Below, piece after piece: positions 14,405 to 27,199 of a stretch of 64,000 bases of DNA. The first letter of the stretch is position 1. Every line of letters begins with the position of its first letter. Both the position numbers and the translations under genes were made by a program. Source of the DNA: Lama glama (Eukaryota); NCBI GenBank assembly GCA_028534125.1, contig CM052816.1:24864001-24928000 (forward strand), in the 5' to 3' direction. The notes below the pieces were generated by a model. The model was not told the DNA's origin. It saw only the letters and a list, made by a program, of their open reading frames with translations, and made no database searches.

Positions 14405-15619
14405 ATTTTTGTCTCTAATTAAGTCTCTAATTTTCTATTGTCTCCACATAGGTCCTCCTTGTCTTACAAAAGCAGATATATATTGCAATGATGTTTTTTG
14501 TATCCAAAAATCCCAAGGGATTTTCCAATGTAAGCGTTCCACTTACAATCAGAAGGTAGTTTAAGTGTTAAGAAAACAAAAAGAGTCCACAATATGCTTG
14601 TGTTAACATCCAAAGGAAGAGAGTTTTAAAAACCTTTTTGTTCAGCATTGGAATCCTCTCAAACAGTGCCTCCTTCTCCTTTCTAAAGCTCCATTACATC
14701 CATGTTGCTCCCTAGATTCTTAGGAAGGTCATTCTTCCAGAACACCTTTCTCTTCCTCCTCCTTCAAAACTTGTTTTTACTGACAGAATGTTTGGATAGG
14801 ATGCAATAAAAAATTCTGTCTAAAATGTCACTCATTGATAAAATGTATGACATGTGGCTGATTTATCTTCTCGTTAAGACTTTTGACAAAACTTTAGCCC
14901 TGGTGAACCAAGCAGTTGTCTTTTTTTGTTTATACTTGAACCAGAAGGTGCAACTTAGGAATCACCAAAATAAAGCAGGTAGTTTCTATTCTGCATCCAT
15001 CAGCCCCAATCTCAAATGGGTCTTCAAATTGCCTGGTGTTTTTTATCCAACTTTTCCAAAGCACAGAGCTTGAGGAAAGGATGAATATGCTGTGCTTGAT
15101 AGGGATGATGGTGGAGGTGTTGAAATGGGAAGTGAGGTATGCACAAATGTGATGCAACACAATGTGATGAGTTGTGCTGCCTCCCTGCTTCATGTGAGCT
15201 GTTAAGTGACATAGTGGATCACTCAGCAGGCACGTTCTCCCATCAGGCAGGGAGAATTTCTACAGTTGGGCTCTAGGGATGATGTGTATTTCAAAGTAGT
15301 CCGTGGAAGAATAAAAAGAGGGGAGTGTAACATCTACTTCCTTCTTTTCTGCCATTTCCCATGTGTTTTTAGGGTGCATTTTCTTGCCCTTTGACAGATG
15401 CTCAAGAAGCCCTATGGTGTAGCATTTTACTCAAGTTCATAGTGGAGAGGTGGCTTCATAGGGATCAGCTTAGTGTGTGGGATGGGGAGCACTCCAACTC
15501 AGAATCCACACTGGGCAGCTTGCCAAAGGCAACAGTGGTGGCATTGGCATGATGTAAGAGGGAGGCAGTCCTTTCTTAAAAAGAACTAATAATAATGGAG
15601 GGGATTTAAGGAGGATATG

Positions 15620-16122
15620 GTGACATTGTCATATGTTAACTTGGCTTGGTTGCATACATCTCCCAGAATTCCTCTTCCTGTAGATTTCCTTTTAGGTGGA
15701 CCACAAAGGACATTTTCACATGAGATATAAAAGACAAAAACAAAGCACCAGCCATCTGATTTTTCACATTCAAAAGGTTAGGGCAGGAGCTTTTATAGTT
15801 CACATACGTTTTCGCTCATCTGCTGGCTCAATTCATTCCATACACGTGTTCTGCCTTCCTGTGAATTTTCCTTTACTGTCACTCCTGGGCCAAGTATGTG
15901 TTTAGTTTCATGATGGAAGATACCAACTTCTCCTCAAGGGCACTTAGTCCATCTAGGTTAGGTGTTAGTTTGTCCTCATAGGTTTCAGTTTCTTCTTGCT
16001 CTGCCCATTTTGCATCCATCTTCCTTCTCTCCCACCTGTTCTCAAGTTCCAACATCAGAAATAAAGATACCGGTTTCACAGAGACTGTTTCATCAGTGTC
16101 CACAACTGCATAAGGTCAAATA
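15620..16122 (+). mobile_element. ERVL-class LTR (LTR41/LTR52-like), 3'-truncated
   Basis: Start 'atgttaacttggc...catctcccagaattcctcttcctgta...ggtggaccacaa' and end 'ccacaactgcataaggtcaaat' resemble these ERVL LTRs. Subfamily uncertain. Confidence 0.55.
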
Positions 16123-16241
16123 ATACCTAGAAGTTATTTGTTTGTGAAATCCTGAGGGATGCGGAGGGGAACAAGGTTTTTGTTCACTATAGTCTACCAC
16201 TTTTACCTCACGGCCTCTTATGTCCTCCTTATATCCAAGTC

Positions 16242-16244
<3 letters not shown>

Positions 16245-16300
<56 letters not shown>

Positions 16301-16324
16301 GACACACGTGTGTGTGTGTGTGTG
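16245..16324 (+). repeat. Compound (TA)n(CA)n-gacacacg-(TG)n microsatellite
   Basis: TA 16245-16276, CA 16277-16300, TG to 16324. Confidence 0.97.
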
Positions 16325-16329
16325 TATTT

Positions 16330-17015
16330 TGTATATGAGACTGAAGATGCCCTTGTTCCTTCCTGAAGAGTCCAGTCAGCCATAGAGACCCTTTCAAGGT
16401 AGTGTTTAGCTCCTAGATGACTAAGCAAAGTGAGTTAGTGAAACTCAGCTATACTCCTCAGAGTTCATGAGAAGGAATGGTGGGTCCATGCTTTGAAAGA
16501 ACATGCCTCATTGTGCAAGGCATTCAAGACCAACAGTGGGACACTGAGACCTGAGATGGAAATATGGTGGGTGAACCTAGTAGTCTTGAAATTTCCAAAT
16601 AATACTGAGCCATCTTTGCTAAAAAGAGCAACTCTTTCCTTGGAAACTAAATAATAAACTAACCTGAAGCAAGTGCCTTGCATGATTGGAGAACCTATGG
16701 TGGTACTTAAGCTTCCACCCTTGATTAATAGGAATGAAGTGTATGTAGAAAGCAAGGCATTGTGAAATCAGTGGCTGTGGCATTTTGTACAAAATATAAA
16801 AATATACATTAGGATGGCTTCTTAAGACAACTCTAGAGACCATGCAAGAAAAAAATGACAGGTGCAGTGCAATCATGTCCCCTCCCATCCAAAAAAAAAG
16901 AGGGTGTTTTAAAAGTCAAATTATCTGAGATGGGTTTAAAGGAGACCCTGATCTTCTGTATCTGCAGAGGCATGTGTTAACTTGCCTAGGTTGAGTATAT
17001 CTTCCAGAATTCCTG
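16330..17015 (+). mobile_element. ERVL internal remnant (degenerate gag) followed by start of a second LTR copy
   Basis: Frame from 16513 reads VQGIQDQQWDTET*DGNM, like ERVL gag 'VRALIGKEWDPETWDGDM'. 'gtgttaacttgcctaggttgagtatatcttccagaattcct' at ~16974 repeats the LTR start at ~15633. Confidence 0.55.
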
Positions 17016-18059
17016 TATTGGAAATCAAGCCCAGGATCTGGTTATCTGAGTGACAAAACTGAAACAGAGACTAACTGTGTAGCTTTCAGATGTCTTGCAA
17101 CTCCACAAAAGATCATCATCATGAACTTCTTGGCTTATTCACCTGGCATCTTGGTAGATGCTCTGGAAGCCACATCCTAACCCTGCAGTGTATTATTTCA
17201 CCCAAATCCAGAATAGGATGGGCAGTGGCATGGAGACAGTGTGTGAGGTATACCAGCTATGGAAGTGACCTTGAGTTTCAACGTGGTCTACAGCTGGTTT
17301 GGAGATCTCATAAATGGTGACAGTGACAGTGGAGCAGTGGTCTTGGAGGTGGTACATTCTGAAAGGGGAAAACAGTTGATGAAACCTGAGGAGGTATATT
17401 TTGCCTAATACGGTGGTCACACTAAGTAACATGCTTCTCTGGCCAACTCATTTTTCCATCCTCCACAACTGTTATTTCAAATTTGGATCTAGTCAAACTG
17501 CATTTTATTCCCTCACAGACAACAGAAAACCTTGGCTCCTTTTTTATAGAGACTATAGGTGTAATGATGAGAAAGACACTTTCTCATGTTGTAGACATCA
17601 AAGATGGATGTTTACCTCTCTCTCTATTTTTTCTGTATTTGTTTCCTCTTATTTATAGTGGAAGGTCTATTTTTCTCTTATTAAGATCAGTTCTTCAGTT
17701 TTTTTATTTTGTCCCATCCTCTTTTACCACCTCAGGAACTTGAAAACCCTGGGTGACTTTTCCATTTCTTTCTCTTACTTCAAACTTCCCTCTTAGCTAA
17801 TCATGTAGTGGGCTTTATCTATAGATATAGGAGCGTGTGGTATAATACACTTATTATTAGTTGTGTAAACAGATATCTCTGAGTTTAATAAAATTTAATT
17901 AATTATATTGGTACAGTTTATTGTTACAGGTTAAATATTGTATATAGTAATGTTCATGATCTTGAAGTTCCTACATTTCTATTACTTTTCCTCAAGAACA
18001 ACTATAGTAACAATTTGATGTATTCATCCTAAGCTATACATATTATGGAAGAGATGGTC

Positions 18060-18300
18060 AGTACCTACTGAATATACCTTGCATTTCCCAGTCCTGCTCC
18101 TCTGCTGATAGGTTGGATTCATGTGCTGAGTGCTGACCAGTAAAATCTGAGGAAGTGACAAGTGTCTGAGCCTTGCTGTGGCAACCTGAGAGGTTCCAGG
18201 TTCCAGGTTCCAGGTGGTATAACTTCCAAATGTAGGAGGCCTCCTGACTGGCACAGGCTTTGTGTGAGGAAGACATAAACCCTCACTGTGTTACTCTACA
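18060..18300 (+). mobile_element. MLT1-type MaLR LTR fragment
   Basis: 'catttcccagtcc...catgtgctgagtgctgaccagtaaaatctgaggaagtga' and 'tgtgtgaggaagacataaaccctcactgtgtta' resemble old MLT1 LTRs. Confidence 0.5.
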
Positions 18301-18319
18301 AGTAGCTTGTGATATATTT

Positions 18320-20820
18320 TTATGTATTTCATTTAGACAATGAAAACAAAGTAGACATATTATTCTGCTAATTTCTTTGTTCACTTAGCATTATTACTAG
18401 AACTTAGCCATCCCTTCCTAAAGCTGAATTGTATTCTATAGTAACTGTAACCTATTTCATCATTTCCCTACTGTTGAATTTTCAGATGGCTCAGTTTTTG
18501 CTTTGGTATAGTTTGCCTCTACAAGACATGTTGCTGTAAGTACCACAGACAACTTTACATACTGAGATTATTATTTTGTAGTCTAATTTTCCCAAAATGA
18601 TATGTGTAGGTCAAAGGAGTTATGTGTGTTTACTTTAGAAGAGATTTCCAGACTACTTTACAAAAATATTTTAAGCCTTTCACACAAACATCAGAAATAC
18701 ATGAGTGCCTTTACTTCTTTAATCTTAACAATGCTGGATATTGGTTTTTTTACACCTTTTGCTAACATAATATAATACAATATGGTATAAAATATATAAT
18801 ATAATCTGTTATATCTTTGCTTAACTATTATAAATTTGAGCATATTTATATGTTTATTGGTGATTTAAATTTCAACTTCTGTAACATTTTCTATCATATT
18901 TTACTACTATTTTTGTTTCTGCTTTTTGTGTTTTTTTATTTACACATAGGAACTCTATTTATTGTGTACAGACATTCTGTCCTATATGTTGGTAATATTT
19001 TCTTAGTTTATCATTTGATATTTTAAGATTTAAATTTAGATTTTTAAAGTTACTTATATATTCAATGATTGAAAATTTTAAAAGTAAAAAAATGCATTTA
19101 GTTAACTATCACTTTCTCATTCCTGTCATTGGCCATTCAGAATATCTTACCAAGGTAGCTCATGTTATTCATTTCTTGTATATACATAAGATTTTGCATA
19201 AGCATGCAAATATATTGTGTGTATTTCAAGCATTTACAAGTAAGGTATATAACATATAAGTGTGTATATGTGTCTCTGTATATTCTTTACTTTCCCACTA
19301 TTTTACATTTTCTTGTGTTTTTTGCTAAATGAAGTATCTTGGAGATTATTCTATATCAGCAGATAAAATGCTTTCTCATCCTTTCTTATGCTTATATAGC
19401 ATTCTACTCTATGGTTGTACTATTACCATATATGACTGATATTCCTTTAGATGGGTATTTAGATAGTTTCCTATCTTTTGCTTAATTTATTAAGCAACTG
19501 CAATTAGTAACCTTATTTATGTCATTTTACATGTGTTCAAGGGCATTTGTAGAGTAAAATTCCTAGAAGTTGACCTGGCTTAAAGGGTCTGTGGATTTGT
19601 AATTTTGATGGGTGTTACTAGATTGTCTTCCACAGAGGTTCCTCCAAATGCCACCATCAAAGTATAGAGTCTCTATTTCCTCAGACCCTCTTTACAAAGT
19701 TACTGTCAAACTTGTTGATCTTTTCAGAGTTTGTTATTCAAACTGGACTGATGAAAATAGTAATATATACCTTTTATTATAAATGAGATTGTTAATTTTG
19801 AAAAGTCATTTAGATAGCCTTTTCTGTTGTCTCTGATCACTTTTTTGCTTCTTTTTGCCTTATTAAATTTGATTGTTGGTCTTTTTCTTGATATTAAGAA
19901 CCTAAATAGACAAATAGATAAAGACTGGACTATATACAATAGTAAGACTCTCATTCACAACCTGCAGCAACCAGCCCAGGACGCCAAACAATGATCCCTG
20001 TAACAATTGGCCCCATATGGTCAGGACTTGGTTAATAACTGAGAGCATCCCTAATTTTTCCCCTGTTTTCAATAGAGGACCAAATAGAGAAAGCCAAAAA
20101 TGTACCCCTAACCGATCACATGGGATACCTCACATCTAGTTAACCTACCTTCAGCTTCCCCTTGCAACAGCCCCTCATCAGGGCTTAACAGGAGCCTTCC
20201 TTTTTTTCAGTGTAATAAAGCTTTCCCATTACTCTATAAGCCTTGAGTCTCCGCCAAAACACAAATGGTGGTGGTTGACTGTTAACTGAAGCAGATTCTA
20301 AATAAACCTTTGCCTGTTCTCATGTGGGTGGTCTTGTTTGTTAATAAATATTTTGCAGTTCTCTCTATTAGGGACATTTGCCCTCATCATATTAGAGTGT
20401 TTTTAACCACACATTTACAACTGATGTATAAACTGCATAAGGAGAAGTATGCAAATTATGAATGTATTCCTCAATGACTCTTCACAAAGCAAACAATCAC
20501 ATGTAACATGATCTAGGAACAGACTATTACCAAAACCCCAGAAGCTCCTTTGTGCCCCCTTACAATTACTACTCATCCCCACAGCCTTCACCTCTGTCCT
20601 CTCAAGTGATACCACGATCTTTACCTCTAAAACTATAGCATAATTTGCTGCTCTTGAGCTTTGTGTAAACAGAATCATATAGTAGGTACTCTTTTGTTTC
20701 TGGCATCTTGTATTCAACTTTGTGTGGATGAGATTCATTCATGTTGTTCTACGTAGCTGTGAAGGATTACTCTATTCTCATTGCCTGAATATTCTACATT
20801 GTATTTATCTACTTTACTCC
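18320..20820 (-). mobile_element. Cluster of old L1M (L1MC/ME) fragments, interrupted by an LTR
   Basis: 'gatgggtatttagatagtttcctatcttttgct', 'taaaattcctagaagt', 'aacagaatcatatagtaggtactcttttgtttctggcatctt...tgagattcattcatgttgtt'. Confidence 0.65.
19905..20350 (+). mobile_element. ERV1-class solo LTR (MER110-like) nested in L1M
   Basis: 'cacaacctgcagcaaccagcccagga', 'ggtcaggacttgg', 'taaagctttccca', 'ttgagtctccgccaaa', AATAAA near 20301. Match is to a recalled MER110-type consensus. L1M-like text resumes on both sides. Confidence 0.7.
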
Positions 20821-21446
20821 TAAAGTTGAATCTAAGTTACTAATGGAAATTAACTGTTTCGTGTTGCTATTTCCCTCTTTCTTCTCTTCTCCAGTTCCAC
20901 AAAATACTTAACCCAAGTTTGACCAAAGTAGTTGTTTTACTAAATGTGGAAGGAATTATCTATATTAGCAGTGCTGAGTGATCACATGAATCTTCAAGAA
21001 ATTACTCACAGAATAGCTTCTCACACTTAAACACATACAAAAACATCAGAACAGTTTTGACCCACTTTTTGTTCATTGTGGTTCTCACTTGAAGAGTAGA
21101 GCCAATTCTCCTGAAACTGGAAGGAGATGAGAGGAGAGAATAACATTGGTGGTTTGAATTTCTGTGGTGAGAGGTTGCTGGAGACAGAGTTTTCCTAAAG
21201 ACCGGTTGAGAATCAGCATGCAGCTGTAAACTGACCATGGGGCCACTGGCTTATGCACATTATGTTTTATATACAGAGCACATCAGAGATTGTCAAACTT
21301 TATTGGGATCTTTCAGTGTGGTTTATGGAGGACACATAAGTGAGTTAACTTCTTACAATATAGAGAAAATAGGATGCAGTATTATTCTTTTTTTGCCTGG
21401 CTTGTTCCGCATTTTAAAATAGTACTATTGAGTATGTGGCCTAGGT

Positions 21447-21580
21447 CAGTGGTTTTCTAGCATGTATCCAATTTGGAGGGCTTGTTAAAACAGATTACTG
21501 GGCCTCACAAGAATTTGCAATTCTAACAAGTTGCGATTTAATGTTGATAGCTGTTCCCAGAACTTACTTGGAGAACTGAG
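21447..21580. mobile_element. MER5A-like hAT-Charlie fragment
   Basis: 'cagtggttttc...ggagggcttgttaaaacagattactgggcc...agaatttgcaattctaacaagtt...tggagaac'. Confidence 0.7.
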
Positions 21581-21805
21581 CTAAACAATAAAAAGAGTAA
21601 AGCAAAGCAGTAATAATAAGATTAGGAAGCTTATCTTGGAACTTATCTCCCTGTGTGGGGCATTCCTGAGTTCTTTTTTTTCCCCTAGGGGCCATTTTCT
21701 GGTATGTAATAATTTTATTTGTTCTTTAAAGAAACTTTGGAAACTTCTGTAAATTCTTTGCAGAAGAAAAACTTGAGTCATAGGGTTAGAATCTTTTTTA
21801 AAAAA

Positions 21806-21826
21806 AGAAAGAAAGAAAGAAAGAAA
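21806..21826 (+). repeat. (GAAA)n short microsatellite
   Basis: About 5 gaaa units after an A-run. Confidence 0.85.
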
Positions 21827-24800
21827 CCGTGGCTTTTAAAGAAGTATCTTAATACATAAAATTGATAAAGTATAGTAAAAGACTATTTTAGTGGACATGG
21901 AATGCAGAGACATTGGAAGAATTTAGAATGTGCCTCTGTTTTATCTCTAAGTGTCCAATTTAAGGCACAAGCATTTTCAATTAACTTCCAGTTATGTTGT
22001 ACAGACTGTATCAGTATTTTATTAGGTCCACTCATTGATTCTTTTGCCCATTAAAATAATTAAAATAATATCTTGAGTTTCCTTTTGGGGACTAGTTCTT
22101 ACCAATTTCCTTGCCACAAAAAATTTAATATATACATTAATATAAGTGAACTATTCATGGTTTTCCCAAGATTCTCATGAGAAAGGTTTTGGGGATACAA
22201 ATTAAATAAAATGACATTATTATACGAGTAACTTTGATTACACTCTAATATGTTTTTTGAAGTAAGCCAGTTTCAAAGTTCTAAATCTATAACATAATTA
22301 TTACTAAACTAATTTATAATAACATTATATAACAATATAGTTATTATATATAATACAATTATTAACAATTAATCATAATTCTTACTTTGCTAAAAAACTT
22401 GTTATATTTCTCATATCTTTATGATAACACCATTTCTTACAGCCCAGAGTGAGGATGGTTACTTTGGGAGATATTTTATGTTTAAACAGTAAATAGCCCA
22501 ACCTCCAGGTATTCCCTCAGTCTGTTATTGATGATAATTCCATAAACTTCCCCTACAAAACACACAGACACAATTTCAAATGTGTGGTAGGTTGTTGCCA
22601 TTCTTTTTCTTTATTGCTTCCACTGTTTCCTTCACGTTAGACTCAAGTTTATTTTTTAACTTATTAATCGATCTGAATTTTTTTTCCGTTATATAATCCA
22701 TCTGGAATTTAATTTTTGTTCACTGGAAAAGAAATCAATAGCTTTTCCTACTAGGCCTTTATACAGTGATCAGATTGTACTTTATACACTGTACATTTCA
22801 CCTTCCCTCATCGTTTTTACAGGCAGATTATTTTTATGGCCTAATGGTTCTTTAATAGGTCATAAACACCTTATACATTTTCAGGTTCCCTGATAACACA
22901 GCAAAAGGAGCATGTCAGTTCTAAAAGTCTCAAAACCAGGCCTTTGATAAAGTTTTCAATAAAACAAATCTGCAAGTCATTTTAGAAAAGGTTAGATTTT
23001 ATTGCTATCATATTGAAATGTTATTTTTGGCTACTATTAAATCCAAATATAAAGGATTTCTTTGGTATTCACTGTATGAAAATAAGACACTGGAAATTTT
23101 GACCAAATGGACCAATGGGACTTTGCACACATTTTGAGGACAAAATTTTGAGTAGAGTTCTTTTCTCCTTGCTCTGGCTGACTACTGACTTGTCCTTATG
23201 GGACATTTTATCACAAAATTGATTTTATCTATAGTTACTATATTACCTTTTATACTTGCAAAGGACCTCTGATTCCATTTCTTTATTTTAAATAGTGAAA
23301 TATGAACCAGAAGCAAGAATACTGAGGTAGAATTTCTCATAGTCCATTTAGAACCTCTGTTAATTCCCCATTGTATGTATGTGTTAGTTTTAACAGTAGA
23401 TGCTTTAGAAATAGGATGAGAAATCGTAAACACTGCTCGCAGCATTCATTATTTGTTAGTAAGCTTGGCATCATTCTATTAGAAATCTGCTGACTTATGA
23501 TGTGCACGCGCGCGTGCATGTATGTGTGTTGCATACCCGCGTGTGTGTGTGTTCTTAAAAAAAAACTATAAACTTTTTGGAGGATGGGGATAGATGAGAG
23601 GTTGGTGGTTTAAATATCTTTGTTAAAGCAATGCCATGTTGTGAAAATTGTAAAAATGTGTTGTGCTGAGTTACAGCAGAATTTTTTTGTGGGGAACTGC
23701 TTCCACATTAACCTTATTTTACTAGAACATGTAAAGCATTTGCAGGGGACTAGTAGTAACTACACTTGTTCTGAAGTCTCACAAATCTGAATTTCTCCTG
23801 GAAAAATTAGAGCACAGGCTTAGGCTGCTGGCAGATTCCATGTTGTGGTGAGTGCCCCTTTCCTGGGCAGCCAACAGCCTGCTCCATGGTTATCTGCTGG
23901 GACTTCTGCCAACTGGAGCATGGAAACATGAATGTGCTTGCTCTTTTGGCCAGTATACCCAAAGCACCCCTCCATCCTTTTTTTTTAAAACATTGTGTAT
24001 AAAGGAAAATAATACTTAGTGCTCTCTGTCTCTGTCTTTCTCTTACTCTCTTTTTCTATAAATGGCAAGGGTGTTCCAAAGCAGTGTTGTTTCATTGAAT
24101 GCTCTAGAAACATACTTTCATGGATTAGAACTGAGATGACATTTTAATTGTGTCCCTTTCTGTTGTTTAGAATTCAGTCAGCTGCAAGGACCTTGCAGAA
24201 TGCACATATGGAACATTCATATGTGCTGCTTGATTCTGTATGCCACCCTTATATTTGGAGGTTTGTCCATACAAGTCAGCTTGAATTTGATAATATCCTG
24301 TCAATTAAACTAAACCTTGCTTTCAAAGCCAAAGAGCAGAAGTGCCCCGGGCACCTACAAAAAACCCAGGCACACAGCCGCAAGTGGATAGTTAGGTGCA
24401 CAATTACTTGATTTATACACCTGTGTGTTTCTGCAATTACAGCTGCAGGGTTTTGTGGTCTCTGTGGGGGTGTGAACAGTTTGGCTGGCAAGCCCAGTAT
24501 GCCTTACTTTGAAAGTCTGGCTCCCAACATGAATCCCTCTCCCATCACTGATAGAGAACAAAGTCTTCTTGTCACTTTTCCATTTGCCTTCCACAGTGAT
24601 TCAGAGAGAAAACAGTCTCATTTTGCTGCTCTAATTGGGAATTGCTGATTCATTTCACAAGTGCAATCATCTTTGCTATTCATTATACAAACGCGATCTA
24701 ATGGTACCGTGGATATGGCATGGAGAGGGCGGGCTTTCCACCCCCATTACTGACCCAGATAATTGTAAATGTACTTGAGGAAACACAGTTCTTTCCATGA

Positions 24801-26676
24801 AATTCTCCTAATTCACCTTAAGGTTTTGAAACTAAGGCATTCATTTCAAAGAAGGTTCTGTTTCTTTGGGTTTTGCAGCTATTTAAAAACAATGCTTTCC
24901 TTGAAGTTCTATGTATACTTTTAACCTTTTGGCTTAGCTGTAGAAAAGCTTATTACTGCAAGCAGACTCAATCACTCATGATAGTACACTCTGGAGACCT
25001 TATCCTTGCACTGTCTAGTTGAGTAATTAAATGCAGGGTAGATTTACAGTTCACTGGACCGTCATGGAGGGGTGGCAACCATATCATCTCTCCCTTTTGA
25101 ATCTTTCAACTTCACATTGCAGCTTTGTATCAGGATCACTGGAATCAAATGTGAAATCAAATATTAAAGAGCAAATATAGACTATAAAAGGGGTGGCACA
25201 TTGGGAAAAGAGAGACAAGGACATTGAAGGATTTTGTCATCCAAGCAAAGGAAAATTATTCTAACTTGTGTAATTTTGCGGCTTTGTTAATATTAGAAGA
25301 TGTAGCTATTATTAGATTCCCTGTTTTATAGAGAAATTAAACGAGGTCATTTCGGTAACAGAGAACTCACACTTTCTGCAAAACCCCTATTTTCTCAAGG
25401 GGCTCATAGGAACTCAACATGGATAGAAAAACCACTCCTTTTCATCTATTCTCAGAATAGGTACCTAGAATCATAATGGCTGGAGATTGAAAAGGCCTAT
25501 TCAGCTCTGGGCTGCAGCCTCCGGGGATCTAGGCAGCATTTTTCCTCATACTATAGTACATTTTCCATTGTTTTGTATGGTTTTATTTTAATCGTCTCAA
25601 TGCCCTCTCCATCTCTACGGAAAACTGGTTCTAGACACTAGCCAATCTCATCATGAAAATTACTTTCTTACCAGAAATTAAAAGATATCTCTATTTTGGG
25701 GGGAGGAGGGTAAAAACTTATATTCAACAAATAAATGTGAGTAGAGGGATTTAACATCCTGACTAATTTAAACATTTTAGAACTGGAAAAATCTTCTGGT
25801 TTTATGCCAAATGATAAGATAACAGGAAAATTTTTTAAAGACTTTTTTTTTTACCATACACAAATTTTAATAATGTACTTGGTGTATGTGGAATTGTCTT
25901 TTGAGCCAGTAAAGCTAGAAATAAGCATAGGTTTATCAAAGAAGAGAGTAGAGGCCCTTTTGAGGTTGTCTTCTCTCTTGAAATAAAAAAATCCTCTTGT
26001 TTTCTTTTAAATCAAATATCCCTCAAGTTTGGCCCACTTGTATGTATTTTACTATATAAAACAATCAGACAAATTACTGGTCAGCTATTGTTTGAAGAAA
26101 TACTTATTAGTCTCTTCCTTCCCCCCATTTTTTTTGAAGGTTTACTCATACTTTATGAAAGAAATTAAATAGCACTTTTTTAGCTTCATAAGAGACAAAA
26201 TACTCTGCACCTCTCAGTTTGTAAATAACAATACTTAGCTACCTCTAATTGACTTTTGGAAATAGGCAAGTTATAAATACTGCAAATGAATAAGTACATG
26301 TGCAGAATATTTGTCACAGCTTGTTAACATGTGATTTGTCACTGCTATTTAAACAATGGTTTTGATCTTCTGAAAAATTTATTAAACTTAAATGTTGACT
26401 TCACTTACTTATTTATTCATTCATTCAAATAAAACTCATTGAATACCTATGAAGTGTCAAACACTGTTGTAGGCTCTGGAGATTTAATGATGAATAAAAC
26501 AAAGTCCTGTCCTTGTGGAACTTACATTCTAATGGTGGGAGATGAAATGTAAAAAACAAAATATAAATATATATTCTGTCAAATGGTGACATAAGCAATG
26601 GAAAAAAAATCAAGTAGGATAAAGAAGACAGGATCTCACTTATGAGTCTGTGTGCACACAAGTGTGGATTCACGTG

Positions 26677-26678
<2 letters not shown>

Positions 26679-26721
<43 letters not shown>
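26679..26721 (+). repeat. (TG)n microsatellite within L2
   Basis: About 21 TG units, read directly. Confidence 0.97.
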
Positions 26722-26723
<2 letters not shown>

Positions 26724-27145
26724 TTGTGTTGGAGGAAGACTGTTGTTCCCTGCAGCTAGTCAGGATGACAAGGTGACCATAAGAGAAGAGGACCTGAACA
26801 AAGGCTGAATCCAAACTTTCCAGGTTGGGGAGGTTGCTAAATAGAAAAGTGTCAAATGCTGCTGATATGGTTAAGAAATATGATAACGGACTATTGGGTT
26901 TAGCAAAATGGATATCACTGGTGAACTAGATAAGAACATTTTAGTTGCAGTGGTAGGTATGGAAGTCTGAGGATTCTATGGAAACAAGACAGAGGGAAAT
27001 TGGAGATATTATATCAAATACTAGTCCTGACAGAGTTTTCTGCCAGGAGAAAAAATGAAATAGAATATTATTAGCTGGACGGATTGTGAGGTTATAGCAG
27101 TGGAAGAAATAATAGGATGTTTGTACACTGATGGGAAAAATTGAT

Positions 27146-27199
27146 GTGTGTGTGTGTGAGAGAGAGAGAGACCGAAACAGAGAATGAGAGAGAGAGAGA
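27146..27199 (+). repeat. (TG)n(AG)n imperfect microsatellite
   Basis: Read directly. Confidence 0.85.

Noticed and set aside
22285..22385. Extremely AT-rich stretch as a structured element
   Set aside because: Simple low-complexity sequence with no clear periodicity or long stem.
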